Assembly (NCBI GenBank): GCA_039798825.1
Contig: JBDKFI010000001.1
Coordinates: 1 to 39,785 of the forward strand
DNA: 39,785 nucleotides
Direction of reading: 5' to 3'
From: Candidatus Parcubacteria bacterium
Lineage (GTDB): Bacteria > Patescibacteriota > Minisyncoccia > Phycocordibacterales > UBA5272
Each line of letters starts with the position of its first letter. The stretch's first letter is position 1. The notes beneath the pieces were generated by a model. It saw nothing but the letters and a program-made list of their open reading frames with translations. It made no database searches and was not told the origin of the DNA. Of this stretch, positions 1 to 7,962 are shown piece by piece. The position numbers and the translations under genes are program-made.

Positions 1-134
1 ATCATCATGATGAGCGGGGCGATAAATGCCGTCCAGGTAATGATCACTGCCACCACGACGGCGGCAGCGAATCGGAACCATTCCCAGGCCAGGTCAAGCT
101 TGGTTGCAGGCTCGGGTGCCTTGGTGTCTGTCAT
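1..134 (-). CDS. hypothetical small membrane protein, N-terminal part only (gene runs off the left edge)
   Basis: ATG at 134-132 (minus) with GGAAGGAG ending 7 nt upstream. It translates to MTDTKAPEPATKLDLAWEWFRFAAAVVVAVIITWTAFIAPLIMM.. with one hydrophobic helix. It is below the size cutoff of the ORF track and GC-richer than its neighbours. Confidence 0.45.
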   Translation of the reverse strand, partial: MTDTKAPEPATKLDLAWEWFRFAAAVVVAVIITWTAFIAPLIMM

Positions 135-193
135 CTCTGTTCTCCTTCCGCGTACCAAAGCAATGTGTTTGGGTTTTTGTGCGGCTATAGTAT

Positions 194-222
194 ATTATAA
201 TACATATTGTTGCTTTTGTCAA
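194..222 (-). promoter_or_regulatory. consensus sigma70-type promoter TTGACA-N17-TATAAT for the 1..134 gene
   Basis: Reverse complement of 217-222 is TTGACA and of 194-199 is TATAAT, with an exact 17-nt spacer. This leaves a leader of about 50 nt that carries the SD. Confidence 0.55.
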
Positions 223-429
223 TTTGCATATGTGGAGATATATAGTATTGTAAAAGTATCCCGTTACGTCTGATTATCCACCTTTGTCCGCCCAGCAGAA
301 CTGCTACACTGAAAGAAAGAAAATCCCAGTTTCGTCTGTATAACCGTATACGAGATGTGTTTGAATTATGAATTTGAATGCACTATGCATTTTCTAAAGT
401 CTATTGTCTAAGGTCTAACATCTATCCAT

Positions 430-3126
430 ATGCCTCCAAATTTCAACAATTTCACCACCAAAGCAAAAGAAGTGATTCGCCGAGCTCATGAGCTCGCTAT
501 CGAGCGAGGGCAGAACCAGGTGAGCCCGCTACATTTGATGGGAGCGCTTCTCACACAAGAGGAGTCTCTTGTGCATGCCATATTAGAGCGGTTAGATATC
601 GATGTTGTACATCTTACGGACAGTATTGTGGATGCAATCGAAGTCCCCGGAGCATCTGCTACGATGAGTCCGTCATACCAAATGTATTTGACGCCTGAGC
701 TTGCAACCACACTTGAGACATCGCTTAAAGTCGCTCAGGTACTGGGAGACGAGTTTGTTTCCACAGAACATCTCTTTCTTTCTCTTTTGGAAGCACAAGG
801 TCAGGTACGTGAAGTGCTCGCACGTTTTCGTATCGATAAAGATGCGGCGTATCACACACTTGAGGATTTGCGCTCACAGAACATCACCGAAGCACAAGGT
901 GGTAAGAAAAATAAAGCACTTGCGAAGTACACGCGGAATTTCACCGAGCTTGCACGTGCAGATAAGCTTGATCCAGTGATCGGTCGTGATACAGAAATCA
1001 TGCGTCTCATGCAGATTCTTTCTCGACGTACCAAGAACAACCCGATCTTAATCGGAGAAGCAGGTGTGGGAAAGACAGCCGTTGTCGAAGGGCTTGCCAT
1101 TCGTATGGCAAAGGGTGATGTGCCTGAGTCACTGAAAGACAAAGAGCTCGTGTCGCTTGATCTTGGCATGCTTATCGCAGGAACGAAGTTTCGTGGAGAG
1201 TTTGAAGAGCGCCTGAAGGCGATCATGAAAGAAATCGAGCGCTCAGAAGGAGGCATCATTCTTTTCATCGATGAGATCCACACCATTGTGGGCGCAGGTG
1301 CTACAGAGGGGTCAGCAGATGCTGCGAATTTACTTAAACCAGCACTTTCTCGCGGTGAGCTTCGCGCGATTGGTGCGACAACGCTCAAAGAATATCAAAA
1401 GCACATCGAAAAAGATCCAGCGCTTGCTCGACGTTTCCAACCAGTCTTTGTAGAAGAACCAACTGAGGCGGATGCACTTGCTATTTTGCGAGGACTTAAA
1501 GAAAAGTATGAACTCTTTCACGGTGTTCGCATTACAGATGATGCACTTGTCTCTTCCGTGAATCTTTCGACACGCTACATCACCTCACGATTCCTTCCAG
1601 ATAAGGCGATTGACTTGATCGATGAAGCTGCTTCATCGCTTCGCATTGCACTTGAAAACAAGCCACCAGTGCTTGATGAAGCGCATCGTAAAATCATGCG
1701 TCTTGAAATTGAAAAAGAAGCGCTCACAAAAGAAATCATGGCACACGACGACGATGACGACACAAAGACCGAGAAGCGTATTCATGATATAGAGGAAGAG
1801 ATCGCAAATATTAAAGAAAAGACCCACGAGCTTGAACTTAAGTGGAAGAACGAAAAGAAGACGCTCACTGAAATGGGTGAGATCAAGAAGTCACTTGAAT
1901 CACTTCGTGTGGAAGCAGAGAATGCAGAATTGCGTGCGGACCTCACTCGCGTTGCAGAGATTCGTTATGGTCAAATCCCAGAGCTTACACGGGAACTTAA
2001 CGAGCGCATTGAAAAGTTGAAGAAACTTCAAAAGACTCGCCGTATCTTGAAAGAAGAAATTACCGAAGAAGACATCGCACAAGTGGTTGCTCGTTGGACC
2101 GGTATCCCAGTATCGAAGATGCTTGAAGAAGAGCAAGAGAAACTGTCTCGTATGGAAGAAGAGCTTGGTAAACGTGTCATCGGTCAGCGCGAAGCAGTCG
2201 AGAAGATAAGTGGCGCTGTTCGCAGAAGCCGAGCCGGCATCAATGATCCACATCGACCGATTGGGTCATTCCTTTTCCTTGGTCCAACGGGAGTTGGTAA
2301 AACAGAGCTCACGAAAGCGCTCGCAACTTTCATGTTCAACGATGACAAGGCACTCATCAAGGTGGACATGAGTGAGTACATGGAAAAGCATAGCGTGTCG
2401 AAGCTTATTGGTTCACCTCCTGGGTATGTGGGCTATGAAGAATCAGGACAACTCACCGAGGCGGTTCGTCATCGACCGTACGCTGTTATCTTGTTTGACG
2501 AAATAGAAAAAGCGCATCCAGAAGTCTTCAATCTACTTCTTCAGGTCTTAGATGAAGGACGTCTTACGGACTCTAAAGGGCGTGTGGTGAACTTCAAAAA
2601 CACCATCATTGTCATGACATCCAATATCGGAAGTCAGTACATTCAAAAGATGGAGCAGATTGGATTTACTAATCATCTTGCAGGGTCAGAATATGTGCAG
2701 GTGAAGGAACGTGTTATGGAAGCTCTCAAAGAGTTCTTCAAGCCGGAATTCCTGAATCGTTTGGACGAGACAATCATCTTCGATGTTCTCTCACAAGAAG
2801 AGATCAAGAAAATTGTTGGTCTTCAGATCACGAGTCTCGCAACTCGTCTTGCAGAAAAAGATCTTGTGCTTGAAATGAGTGAAGAAGCTGTTGCTCACAT
2901 CGCAGAGAAGTCATTCGACGCTCACTACGGCGCTCGACCAATTAAGCGCTACATTCAAACGCATATCTTAAACAAGATCGCATCACTCATGCTTTCGAAG
3001 AAGTTTATGAAAGGTGGTATTGCTTCAGTGTTTGTTGATAAAAAAGGAGATCTTGATGTGGAGGCGAAGAAGCCGCGTAAGATTCCAAGCCCAATCACTA
3101 AAGAAGAGCTTGTCGCTAAAAAATAA
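430..3126 (+). CDS. clpB: ATP-dependent chaperone/disaggregase ClpB
   Basis: 898 aa with a Clp_N repeat region, two AAA+ modules ([15 protein letters not shown] and [15 protein letters not shown] Walker A motifs) and a long coiled-coil middle domain between them. Confidence 0.95.
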   Translation: MPPNFNNFTTKAKEVIRRAHELAIERGQNQVSPLHLMGALLTQEESLVHAILERLDIDVVHLTDSIVDAIEVPGASATMSPSYQMYLTPELATTLETSLKVAQVLGDEFVSTEHLFLSLLEAQGQVREVLARFRIDKDAAYHTLEDLRSQNITEAQGGKKNKALAKYTRNFTELARADKLDPVIGRDTEIMRLMQILSRRTKNNPILIGEAGVGKTAVVEGLAIRMAKGDVPESLKDKELVSLDLGMLIAGTKFRGEFEERLKAIMKEIERSEGGIILFIDEIHTIVGAGATEGSADAANLLKPALSRGELRAIGATTLKEYQKHIEKDPALARRFQPVFVEEPTEADALAILRGLKEKYELFHGVRITDDALVSSVNLSTRYITSRFLPDKAIDLIDEAASSLRIALENKPPVLDEAHRKIMRLEIEKEALTKEIMAHDDDDDTKTEKRIHDIEEEIANIKEKTHELELKWKNEKKTLTEMGEIKKSLESLRVEAENAELRADLTRVAEIRYGQIPELTRELNERIEKLKKLQKTRRILKEEITEEDIAQVVARWTGIPVSKMLEEEQEKLSRMEEELGKRVIGQREAVEKISGAVRRSRAGINDPHRPIGSFLFLGPTGVGKTELTKALATFMFNDDKALIKVDMSEYMEKHSVSKLIGSPPGYVGYEESGQLTEAVRHRPYAVILFDEIEKAHPEVFNLLLQVLDEGRLTDSKGRVVNFKNTIIVMTSNIGSQYIQKMEQIGFTNHLAGSEYVQVKERVMEALKEFFKPEFLNRLDETIIFDVLSQEEIKKIVGLQITSLATRLAEKDLVLEMSEEAVAHIAEKSFDAHYGARPIKRYIQTHILNKIASLMLSKKFMKGGIASVFVDKKGDLDVEAKKPRKIPSPITKEELVAKK

Positions 3127-3138
3127 TATAGTAAATAA

Positions 3139-3174
3139 CGAAAAAGATAATCCCGCAAGGGGTTATCTTTTTCG
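3139..3174. terminator. bidirectional hairpin between convergent clpB and folD
   Basis: cgaaaaagataatccc (3139-3154), loop gcaa, ggggttatctttttcg (3159-3174): a 16-bp stem with one G-U pair and A/T runs on both sides. The folD stop codon (3163-3165) lies inside the right arm. Confidence 0.7.
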
Positions 3175-3990
3175 TTGTGCAGAGAGGATGACATTCTGAA
3201 AGAGATATGAAACAGTGAGAGGTCCGACGCCACCTGGTACTGGAGTGAATATGCGCGCTTTGGTGGCACACAATGGATCACAGTCTCCAGAGAGCACACC
3301 TGCATCCTCGCTTGTGCCAGCATCAATGAGGACGACATCGGACGATATATCTTCTGGTGTAATGTGATGTGGTGAACCACTTCCTGCAACGATAATGTCT
3401 GCGTTCTTGAGAAGTTCTGCACGTATGTCTGCAGGGGTATCTTTGTCGATTGCGGTGACATGCGCACGCTGTTGTTGTGCCCATGTACATACAGGCGCGC
3501 CGACGAGTTTACCGCGCCCCACAATCACCATGTTTTTTGATGAGATGTCTGTTTTTGTATCGCTGAGTATATGTGCAACAGCACTCACCACAGTTGGAAG
3601 TGGTGAACCTTCGTGTTCGAATTTTTGGTATGCGTGTGTGGTGAGTACGTCCACATCTACATGAGATGGAATGCAGTCGAGTATCTCTTGAGCATTAAAT
3701 GATGGAGGGAGTGGTAGTTGGACGATAATGCCATCACATGATTTTTCTTGTACGAGATCTCTGATGTGGTGCTTGATCATTTCTTGGGTAGCAGATGTAT
3801 CGAAGTGACGTTCCAAGATGGTAACACCTATCTCTTCTGCATATGTTCGTTTAATTTTTATGAATGACTGTATGCTTGGATGATCTGTTGCAGAAATGAT
3901 GGCAAGTATGGGGGATCTCCCAAGTGAAGCGATGTTTGACCTCAGTGTGAGCTTCATCTGTTCAGACGCTTCTTTTCCGTTATAGATCAT
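3163..3990 (-). CDS. folD: bifunctional methylenetetrahydrofolate dehydrogenase/cyclohydrolase FolD
   Basis: 275 aa from MIYNGKEASEQMK.. It has the DGIIVQLPLP motif, an NAD(P)-binding-loop equivalent (VIVGRGKLVGAP) and a PVPGGVGPLT C-terminal motif. The longer ORF-track start (4098) would run through a tRNA gene. Confidence 0.9.
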   Translation of the reverse strand: MIYNGKEASEQMKLTLRSNIASLGRSPILAIISATDHPSIQSFIKIKRTYAEEIGVTILERHFDTSATQEMIKHHIRDLVQEKSCDGIIVQLPLPPSFNAQEILDCIPSHVDVDVLTTHAYQKFEHEGSPLPTVVSAVAHILSDTKTDISSKNMVIVGRGKLVGAPVCTWAQQQRAHVTAIDKDTPADIRAELLKNADIIVAGSGSPHHITPEDISSDVVLIDAGTSEDAGVLSGDCDPLCATKARIFTPVPGGVGPLTVSYLFQNVILSAQRKR

Positions 3991-4009
3991 AGAATTAAAC
4001 GTGCTTGTT

Positions 4010-4096
4010 TGGTGCGCCGGGCTGGATTTGAACCAGCGAAGCCCGAAGGGCGACAGATTTACAGTCTGTTGTGATTGACCACTCCACCACCGACGC
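4010..4096 (-). tRNA. tRNA-Tyr (anticodon GTA), long variable arm, CCA encoded
   Basis: The reverse complement folds as a cloverleaf. Acceptor GCGTCGG/CCGGCGC, anticodon stem ACAGA/TCTGT with loop CTGTAAA, variable arm CGCCCTTCGGGC.., T arm GCTGG-TTCAAAT-CCAGC, then A-CCA. Confidence 0.9.
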
Positions 4097-4107
4097 ATGT
4101 AGACACT

Positions 4108-4116
4108 ATCCTACCA
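4108..4116 (-). promoter_or_regulatory. extended -10 box TGGTAGGAT upstream of tRNA-Tyr/folD
   Basis: Reverse complement of 4108-4116 is TGGTAGGAT, 11 nt before the mature tRNA 5' end. Confidence 0.5.
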
Positions 4117-4142
4117 CAAAATCAAAAACCTGTGAATTCACA

Positions 4143-4151
4143 TGGTACACT
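4143..4151 (+). promoter_or_regulatory. extended -10 box TGGTACACT, 7 nt before the msrA ATG (leaderless)
   Basis: TGG at 4143-4145, TACACT at 4146-4151, 7-nt spacer tttcatt, ATG at 4159. There is no SD. Confidence 0.55.
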
Positions 4152-4158
4152 TTTCATT

Positions 4159-4698
4159 ATGATTAGATCACTCATACTTGCAGGCGGTTGTTTCTGGTGC
4201 GTGGAGAATGACCTCCGCGAAGCGCCAGGTGTCGTGTCGGTAACGTCCGGATATTCAGGTGGTGAGTCAACCGACCCGACATACGAAGATCACAGAGGAC
4301 ATCGAGAGGTGGTACTTGTTGAGTATGACGATACAACAACCTCGTATAAAACATTGCTACAATTTTTCATCGATCATATTGATCCAACTGACACGGGCGG
4401 ACAGTTTGCTGATCGAGGAGAAAGCTACAGAACTGCGATCTACTACGAAACTGAGGAAGAAAAGAACATTGCAGAGGGTGTACTGGAAGAATTAGATAGA
4501 AGTGGTGTTTACGAACAATCTCACGCAGTCGATCTTCTACCGAGGAAACAGTTCTATCAAGCAGAGGAGTACCATCAGAAGTACGCAGAAAAGAACCCTT
4601 CACATTACGCAACGTATAGAACTGGAAGTGGTCGAGAAGAGTTTGTGAATCGTACCTGTCAGATTCGCGAAGAAAAGCACATCATCTGGAGTAAATAA
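4159..4698 (+). CDS. msrA: peptide-methionine (S)-S-oxide reductase MsrA
   Basis: 179 aa with GGCFWCVE at the N-terminus (the GCFWG-type active site), then GYSGG and EYHQKY motifs. The start at 4159 avoids overlap with the tRNA and fits the -10 spacing. Confidence 0.9.
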   Translation: MIRSLILAGGCFWCVENDLREAPGVVSVTSGYSGGESTDPTYEDHRGHREVVLVEYDDTTTSYKTLLQFFIDHIDPTDTGGQFADRGESYRTAIYYETEEEKNIAEGVLEELDRSGVYEQSHAVDLLPRKQFYQAEEYHQKYAEKNPSHYATYRTGSGREEFVNRTCQIREEKHIIWSK

Positions 4699-4704
4699 TC
4701 ATCT

Positions 4705-5088
4705 ATGAATATCGAAGAACGTAAAAAAGAATTATCGGACGAAGAAAAACATGTGCTCTTTAATGGTGGTACAGAAGCGCCTTTTACGGGTGAACTTTTA
4801 CATGAGCATAGAAAGGGAAACTTTATGTGTAAGGTGTGTGGTACGCCACTTTTTTCTTCGGACACTAAATTTGATTCAGGTACAGGGTGGCCATCATTTG
4901 ATCAAGCCCTTCCAGGGGCTGTTGAATATGTCGAAGATGCCACGCTTGGCATGGTTCGCACTGAAGTGAGGTGTGCAACATGTCACGCACATCTAGGTCA
5001 TGTTTTTGACGACGGTCCAGGAACAACAGGTAAACGATACTGCATGAACTCAGTGTGCATGGAATTCGCAGAAGATACAGCTGTATAG
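4705..5088 (+). CDS. msrB: peptide-methionine (R)-S-oxide reductase MsrB
   Basis: 127 aa SelR domain with CKVCGTPLF and CATCHAHLGHVFDDGP zinc CxxC pairs, GWPSF, and the RYCMNS catalytic Cys. Confidence 0.92.
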   Translation: MNIEERKKELSDEEKHVLFNGGTEAPFTGELLHEHRKGNFMCKVCGTPLFSSDTKFDSGTGWPSFDQALPGAVEYVEDATLGMVRTEVRCATCHAHLGHVFDDGPGTTGKRYCMNSVCMEFAEDTAV

Positions 5089-5148
5089 TATTTGTTGCTC
5101 GTTTACTATAAACTGGTATCTATTAACGAGTGACTACTAACGATTCTT

Positions 5149-5532
5149 ATGTCATCCATTTTCACAAAAATCATTGCAGGGGAATTGCCAAGCTACAAGA
5201 TTTATGAGGATGAGTATGTTTGTGCGATTCTCGATATTAAACCAATTCAAAAAGGTCATGTGCTTGTGATACCAAAGCAAGAAGTTGATCAACTCTTTGA
5301 GCTTGATGAAAAGATGTTTGACCACATGATGCACCGAGTTCGTTACATGGCGCAAGTGATCAAAGCAAAAACAGGCTGTGCTCGTGTCTGTGTCTTTGTG
5401 GAGGGATACGGTGTGCCACACGTGCACGTTCACCTGGTTCCTACAAATACATCTGAAGAGTTTGATAAGAAGTGGCAGTACGACGCTTCAGAAGAAGAAT
5501 TGAAAGAAATGCAGGCACTGCTTGCTCACTAA
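5149..5532 (+). CDS. HIT (histidine triad) family nucleotide hydrolase
   Basis: 127 aa. N-terminus is IFTKIIAGELPSYKIYEDE and the histidine triad is HVHVHLVP. Confidence 0.9.
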   Translation: MSSIFTKIIAGELPSYKIYEDEYVCAILDIKPIQKGHVLVIPKQEVDQLFELDEKMFDHMMHRVRYMAQVIKAKTGCARVCVFVEGYGVPHVHVHLVPTNTSEEFDKKWQYDASEEELKEMQALLAH

Positions 5533-5799
5533 ATGATGAGTATGACAACGTTTCAAGAAGCTGTGTATCAAGTAGTGAGATCTATCGAAGAAGGGTCACA
5601 CATGACATATAAGGATGTTGCGCATGCTGTCGGTAGACCGGGTGCATCTCGTGCTGTAGGAAGTGCGCTTAAGAAAAACTACGATCCAACCATTCCATGT
5701 CACAGAGTAATACGTAGTGATGGACATGTGGGGCAGTATAATCGAGGAGGTGCAACAAAGAAGCTTGAGATTTTAAAAAGGGAAGGAGCTATACTGTAA
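5533..5799 (+). CDS. MGMT-family protein (O6-alkylguanine-DNA alkyltransferase DNA-binding/active-site domain only)
   Basis: 88 aa with the IPCHRVIRSDGHVGQY (PCHRV active-site) motif and no N-terminal Ogt domain. The start abuts the HIT stop codon. Confidence 0.8.
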   Translation: MMSMTTFQEAVYQVVRSIEEGSHMTYKDVAHAVGRPGASRAVGSALKKNYDPTIPCHRVIRSDGHVGQYNRGGATKKLEILKREGAIL

Positions 5800-5803
5800 C
5801 TAT

Positions 5804-6142
5804 ATGATGTATATTATTATCCGAACGGTATCTGTGCTTGTTACAAGCTACATAACAAAAGTGGGGGTGCCAATTGTATTTGCCTGGCAGACTGGCTGGA
5901 GTGCCTTTGTGTTTGCGGTAGTGCTCGCGATCATGAATCACACGATTAAACCAGCAATCGCAGGCATCACACTCCCTATCACCATACTTACGCTCGGTCT
6001 TTTTTCAGTTGTGGTGAATGGTGCGATGGTGTATCTCGCAGCACTTGTTGTTCCCGGAGCATCTATTCCTTCATTTGTGATGGCGATGGTGTTTGCAACA
6101 GTGCTCACCATGGTGAACTTCGTTCTCCATGCGTTTGAATAA
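5804..6142 (+). CDS. small 4-TM membrane protein, DUF360/phage-holin-4_2-like family
   Basis: 112 aa with the pattern NHTIKPAIAGITLPITILTLGLFSVVVNGAMVYLAALVVPG that is typical of that family. Confidence 0.65.
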   Translation: MMYIIIRTVSVLVTSYITKVGVPIVFAWQTGWSAFVFAVVLAIMNHTIKPAIAGITLPITILTLGLFSVVVNGAMVYLAALVVPGASIPSFVMAMVFATVLTMVNFVLHAFE

Positions 6143-6168
6143 AGTCTAGCTAAAGCATTTTCTCCCAA

Positions 6169-6606
6169 CTATCGTACTCCTAAGCCGGGTTCGTGTTCCT
6201 CGGTTATCTCTTCAACATCTTCCTGAATCTCGTCGATGTCTTCTTGCATTTCTTCCACGTCTTCAGCAATGTCTTCGACATCTTCTGCGATTTCCTCCAC
6301 ATCCTCCGCAATCTCTTCAACATCTTCTTGAATTTCATCGATATCTTTCTCAACGTTTGCAAGCGCGCGTGCTTGGTGGTTGACACTCATTTGAATGAAT
6401 ATTGAGAGGTAAATAGCTTCAAGAGACACAACCGTGGTAAGCACAAGAAGCACTCGTTCTAGATCAGCGCCCAACCACACAAGTAAAAACGCGCCAAAAA
6501 ACGCACACGTATGAAGTATGACCGACCAGATGGACCCAACCCATTTTGTGACAGAAAGGGCCAAGGTTTCCAGATTTTCCACAGGAGAATCAATGGGTTT
6601 TGACAT
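6169..6606 (-). CDS. DUF1003-like 2-TM membrane protein with acidic heptad-repeat tail
   Basis: The TM pair and VVSLEAIYLSIFIQMSVNHQA resemble DUF1003. An ATG at 6606 is preferred over the GTG at 6615 because TGATATAGT sits 7 nt upstream of it. Confidence 0.6.
   Translation of the reverse strand: MSKPIDSPVENLETLALSVTKWVGSIWSVILHTCAFFGAFLLVWLGADLERVLLVLTTVVSLEAIYLSIFIQMSVNHQARALANVEKDIDEIQEDVEEIAEDVEEIAEDVEDIAEDVEEMQEDIDEIQEDVEEITEEHEPGLGVR
6196..6345 (-). repeat. seven tandem 21-nt (7-aa) coding repeats, D[IV][DE][ED][IM][AQT]E
   Basis: Protein residues 91-140 of the long ORF read DIDEIQE DVEEIAE DVEEIAE DVEDIAE DVEEMQE DIDEIQE DVEEITE. Confidence 0.85.
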
Positions 6607-6613
6607 AATTCCC

Positions 6614-6622
6614 ACTATATCA
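6614..6622 (-). promoter_or_regulatory. extended -10 box TGATATAGT, 7 nt before ATG 6606
   Basis: Reverse complement of 6614-6622, followed by spacer gggaatt. Confidence 0.5.
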
Positions 6623-6628
6623 TAGAAG

Positions 6629-6637
6629 TGGTAGAAT
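6629..6637 (+). promoter_or_regulatory. extended -10 box TGGTAGAAT for the 6658 gene
   Basis: It lies 20 nt before ATG 6658 and back-to-back with the divergent -10 at 6614-6622. Confidence 0.45.
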
Positions 6638-6657
6638 TAGGGTGTACCAACATAATC

Positions 6658-7758
6658 ATGGCAACAATCCTATTACTCGTACTGTTCGCGTTAGTGCTCC
6701 CCGTTATTGGAATTGGCGCTCTTGTGTACTTTCTCTTTATAAAACCTACTACCTCTATGGAATCAAAAACAAAAGCAATAGATGTATTCTTGTATGTTGG
6801 GATTTTCATCTCACTTGTAGTTTCTGTTACTAATATCATTTCTATTCTCTTTACTGCTATTGAGCGAAAGTTTACAGATGTTCTCGAAGCAGGAATGTAT
6901 GTGGATGTGTATGGAAGCGATATGCGTATGGCAGTTGCATCACTTATTGTTATCTTTCCTATCTACCTCCTCCTCTCGATGTATGTTTCTCGAGATATTA
7001 AGAAGTTTCTTTATAAGCGAGATCTACTCATTAGAAAGTTGTTCGTCTACACTACGTTGTTTGTGACAGTCTGTACGTTGCTTGGTTCACTGGTAACCAC
7101 TATCTATTACTACTTAGGTGGTGAGCTTACCGTGCGATTCGGTCTTAAGGCACTCACGGTATTTGTCATCGCCGGAGCTGTGTTCGGGTATTACTTCTAC
7201 GCACTTCGTCGTGACTACACAAAGTCAAACGTGGTACCAAATGTGATTGCCGGCATTGCATCACTTCTCGTACTCCTTTCTCTTGTGTGGAGTATCTCGA
7301 TTATTGGCACACCTGCATCTATGCGACTTAACCGTATCGACGATGCACGTCTGTCGGATGTATCGCGACTTCAGCAGGAAATCTTTAATCACTTCCAGAC
7401 TAGTGACAAACTTCCAAGTACACTTGTGGAATTAAATGATGCCTTCCAAGGGTACGCTGTTCCGCAAGACCCTGTTACTGGAGAGAGCTATGTGTACAAA
7501 GTGATTCAGCAACCAGTGGTTCGAAAGAACCTTCAGTCAAATACAAAAGAACTTGTCACACCTGCTGTCTTTGAATTGTGTGCAACCTTTGCAACAAAGC
7601 GTGACTACGATACACGTGGAACACCAGTTCTTTCAGAGAAAATGTACTCAGCTTCGAATTACTACTATTCAGGCGATACGACACCGTTTTGGAATCACGA
7701 AGCGGGGTATACATGTTTTAGACGGGAGATTACGTCTGACATGTACTACGGCCGTTAA
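6658..7758 (+). CDS. multi-pass membrane protein (DUF5671-like) with pilin-like C-terminal domain
   Basis: 366 aa with about six hydrophobic helices. The tail RIDDARLSDVSRLQQEIFNHFQTSDKLPSTL...VPQDPVTGESYVYK resembles the D-x-R-x-x-DL...P-x-DP pseudopilin-type module. The family name is recalled from memory, not searched. Confidence 0.6.
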   Translation: MATILLLVLFALVLPVIGIGALVYFLFIKPTTSMESKTKAIDVFLYVGIFISLVVSVTNIISILFTAIERKFTDVLEAGMYVDVYGSDMRMAVASLIVIFPIYLLLSMYVSRDIKKFLYKRDLLIRKLFVYTTLFVTVCTLLGSLVTTIYYYLGGELTVRFGLKALTVFVIAGAVFGYYFYALRRDYTKSNVVPNVIAGIASLLVLLSLVWSISIIGTPASMRLNRIDDARLSDVSRLQQEIFNHFQTSDKLPSTLVELNDAFQGYAVPQDPVTGESYVYKVIQQPVVRKNLQSNTKELVTPAVFELCATFATKRDYDTRGTPVLSEKMYSASNYYYSGDTTPFWNHEAGYTCFRREITSDMYYGR

Positions 7759-7889
7759 AAGAAAAATATATTTCATCTACTGCGTTACGGGTCCCACGTT
7801 TTGCAGTCAACGTAGTACTACCTACATCTCCTTTAAAACTTTTCCCGTGCCTTGTATATGAAACAATTTTTCTCTTAACGAAGTTTGAT

Positions 7890-7946
7890 AGACAACCAAA
7901 GAGCGACGCCTTAGGCGTCGCTCTTTGGTTGTCTAGTCTTTTCTTG
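7890..7946 (+). terminator. intrinsic terminator, perfect 21-bp stem
   Basis: agacaaccaaagagcgacgcc (7890-7910), tta, ggcgtcgctctttggttgtct (7914-7934), followed by a T-rich tail tagtcttttctt. Confidence 0.7.
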
Positions 7947-7953
7947 GTATTAT
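7945..7953 (+). promoter_or_regulatory. extended -10 box TGGTATTAT, 9 nt before the leuS ATG
   Basis: TGG at 7945-7947, TATTAT at 7948-7953, ATG at 7963. Confidence 0.5.
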
Positions 7954-7962
7954 GGAGAAATT

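Noticed and set aside
7-273. 88-aa plus-strand ORF at the left edge
   Set aside because: It is antisense to the SD-led minus-strand gene (1-134) and runs through that gene's consensus promoter. It has no start signals of its own and a low-complexity translation.
852-1388. 178-aa antisense ORF inside clpB (similar ones occur at 1900-2253, 2955-3524, 12778-13374, 23202-23879 and 30971-31633)
   Set aside because: These are Ser/Arg/Pro-rich translations typical of the reverse frame of genuine genes. They have no start signals and are fully embedded in strongly supported CDSs.
3991-4098. N-terminal extension of the folD ORF (track start 4098)
   Set aside because: The extension is the reverse complement of a well-folding tRNA-Tyr gene (4010-4096). 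FolD homology begins at MIYNGKEA (3990).
4075-4158. N-terminal extension of the msrA ORF
   Set aside because: It overlaps the tRNA-Tyr gene and the divergent promoters. The MsrA active-site motif GCFWC follows directly after the ATG at 4159, which has the -10 box 7 nt upstream.
5804-6142. Holin-family membrane protein as a sign of a prophage
   Set aside because: The DUF360/holin_4_2 family is widespread as a chromosomal membrane protein. No lysin, terminase, capsid or integrase genes are nearby.
6196-6345. Periodic 21-nt repeats considered as CRISPR or a minisatellite
   Set aside because: The units are contiguous with no spacers, in frame, and encode acidic heptads of a membrane protein.
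7759-7962. Possible T-box leader upstream of leuS
   Set aside because: I saw no T-box consensus or specifier-loop architecture. The single 21-bp hairpin reads as the terminator of the upstream gene, and leuS has its own -10 box 9 nt from the ATG.
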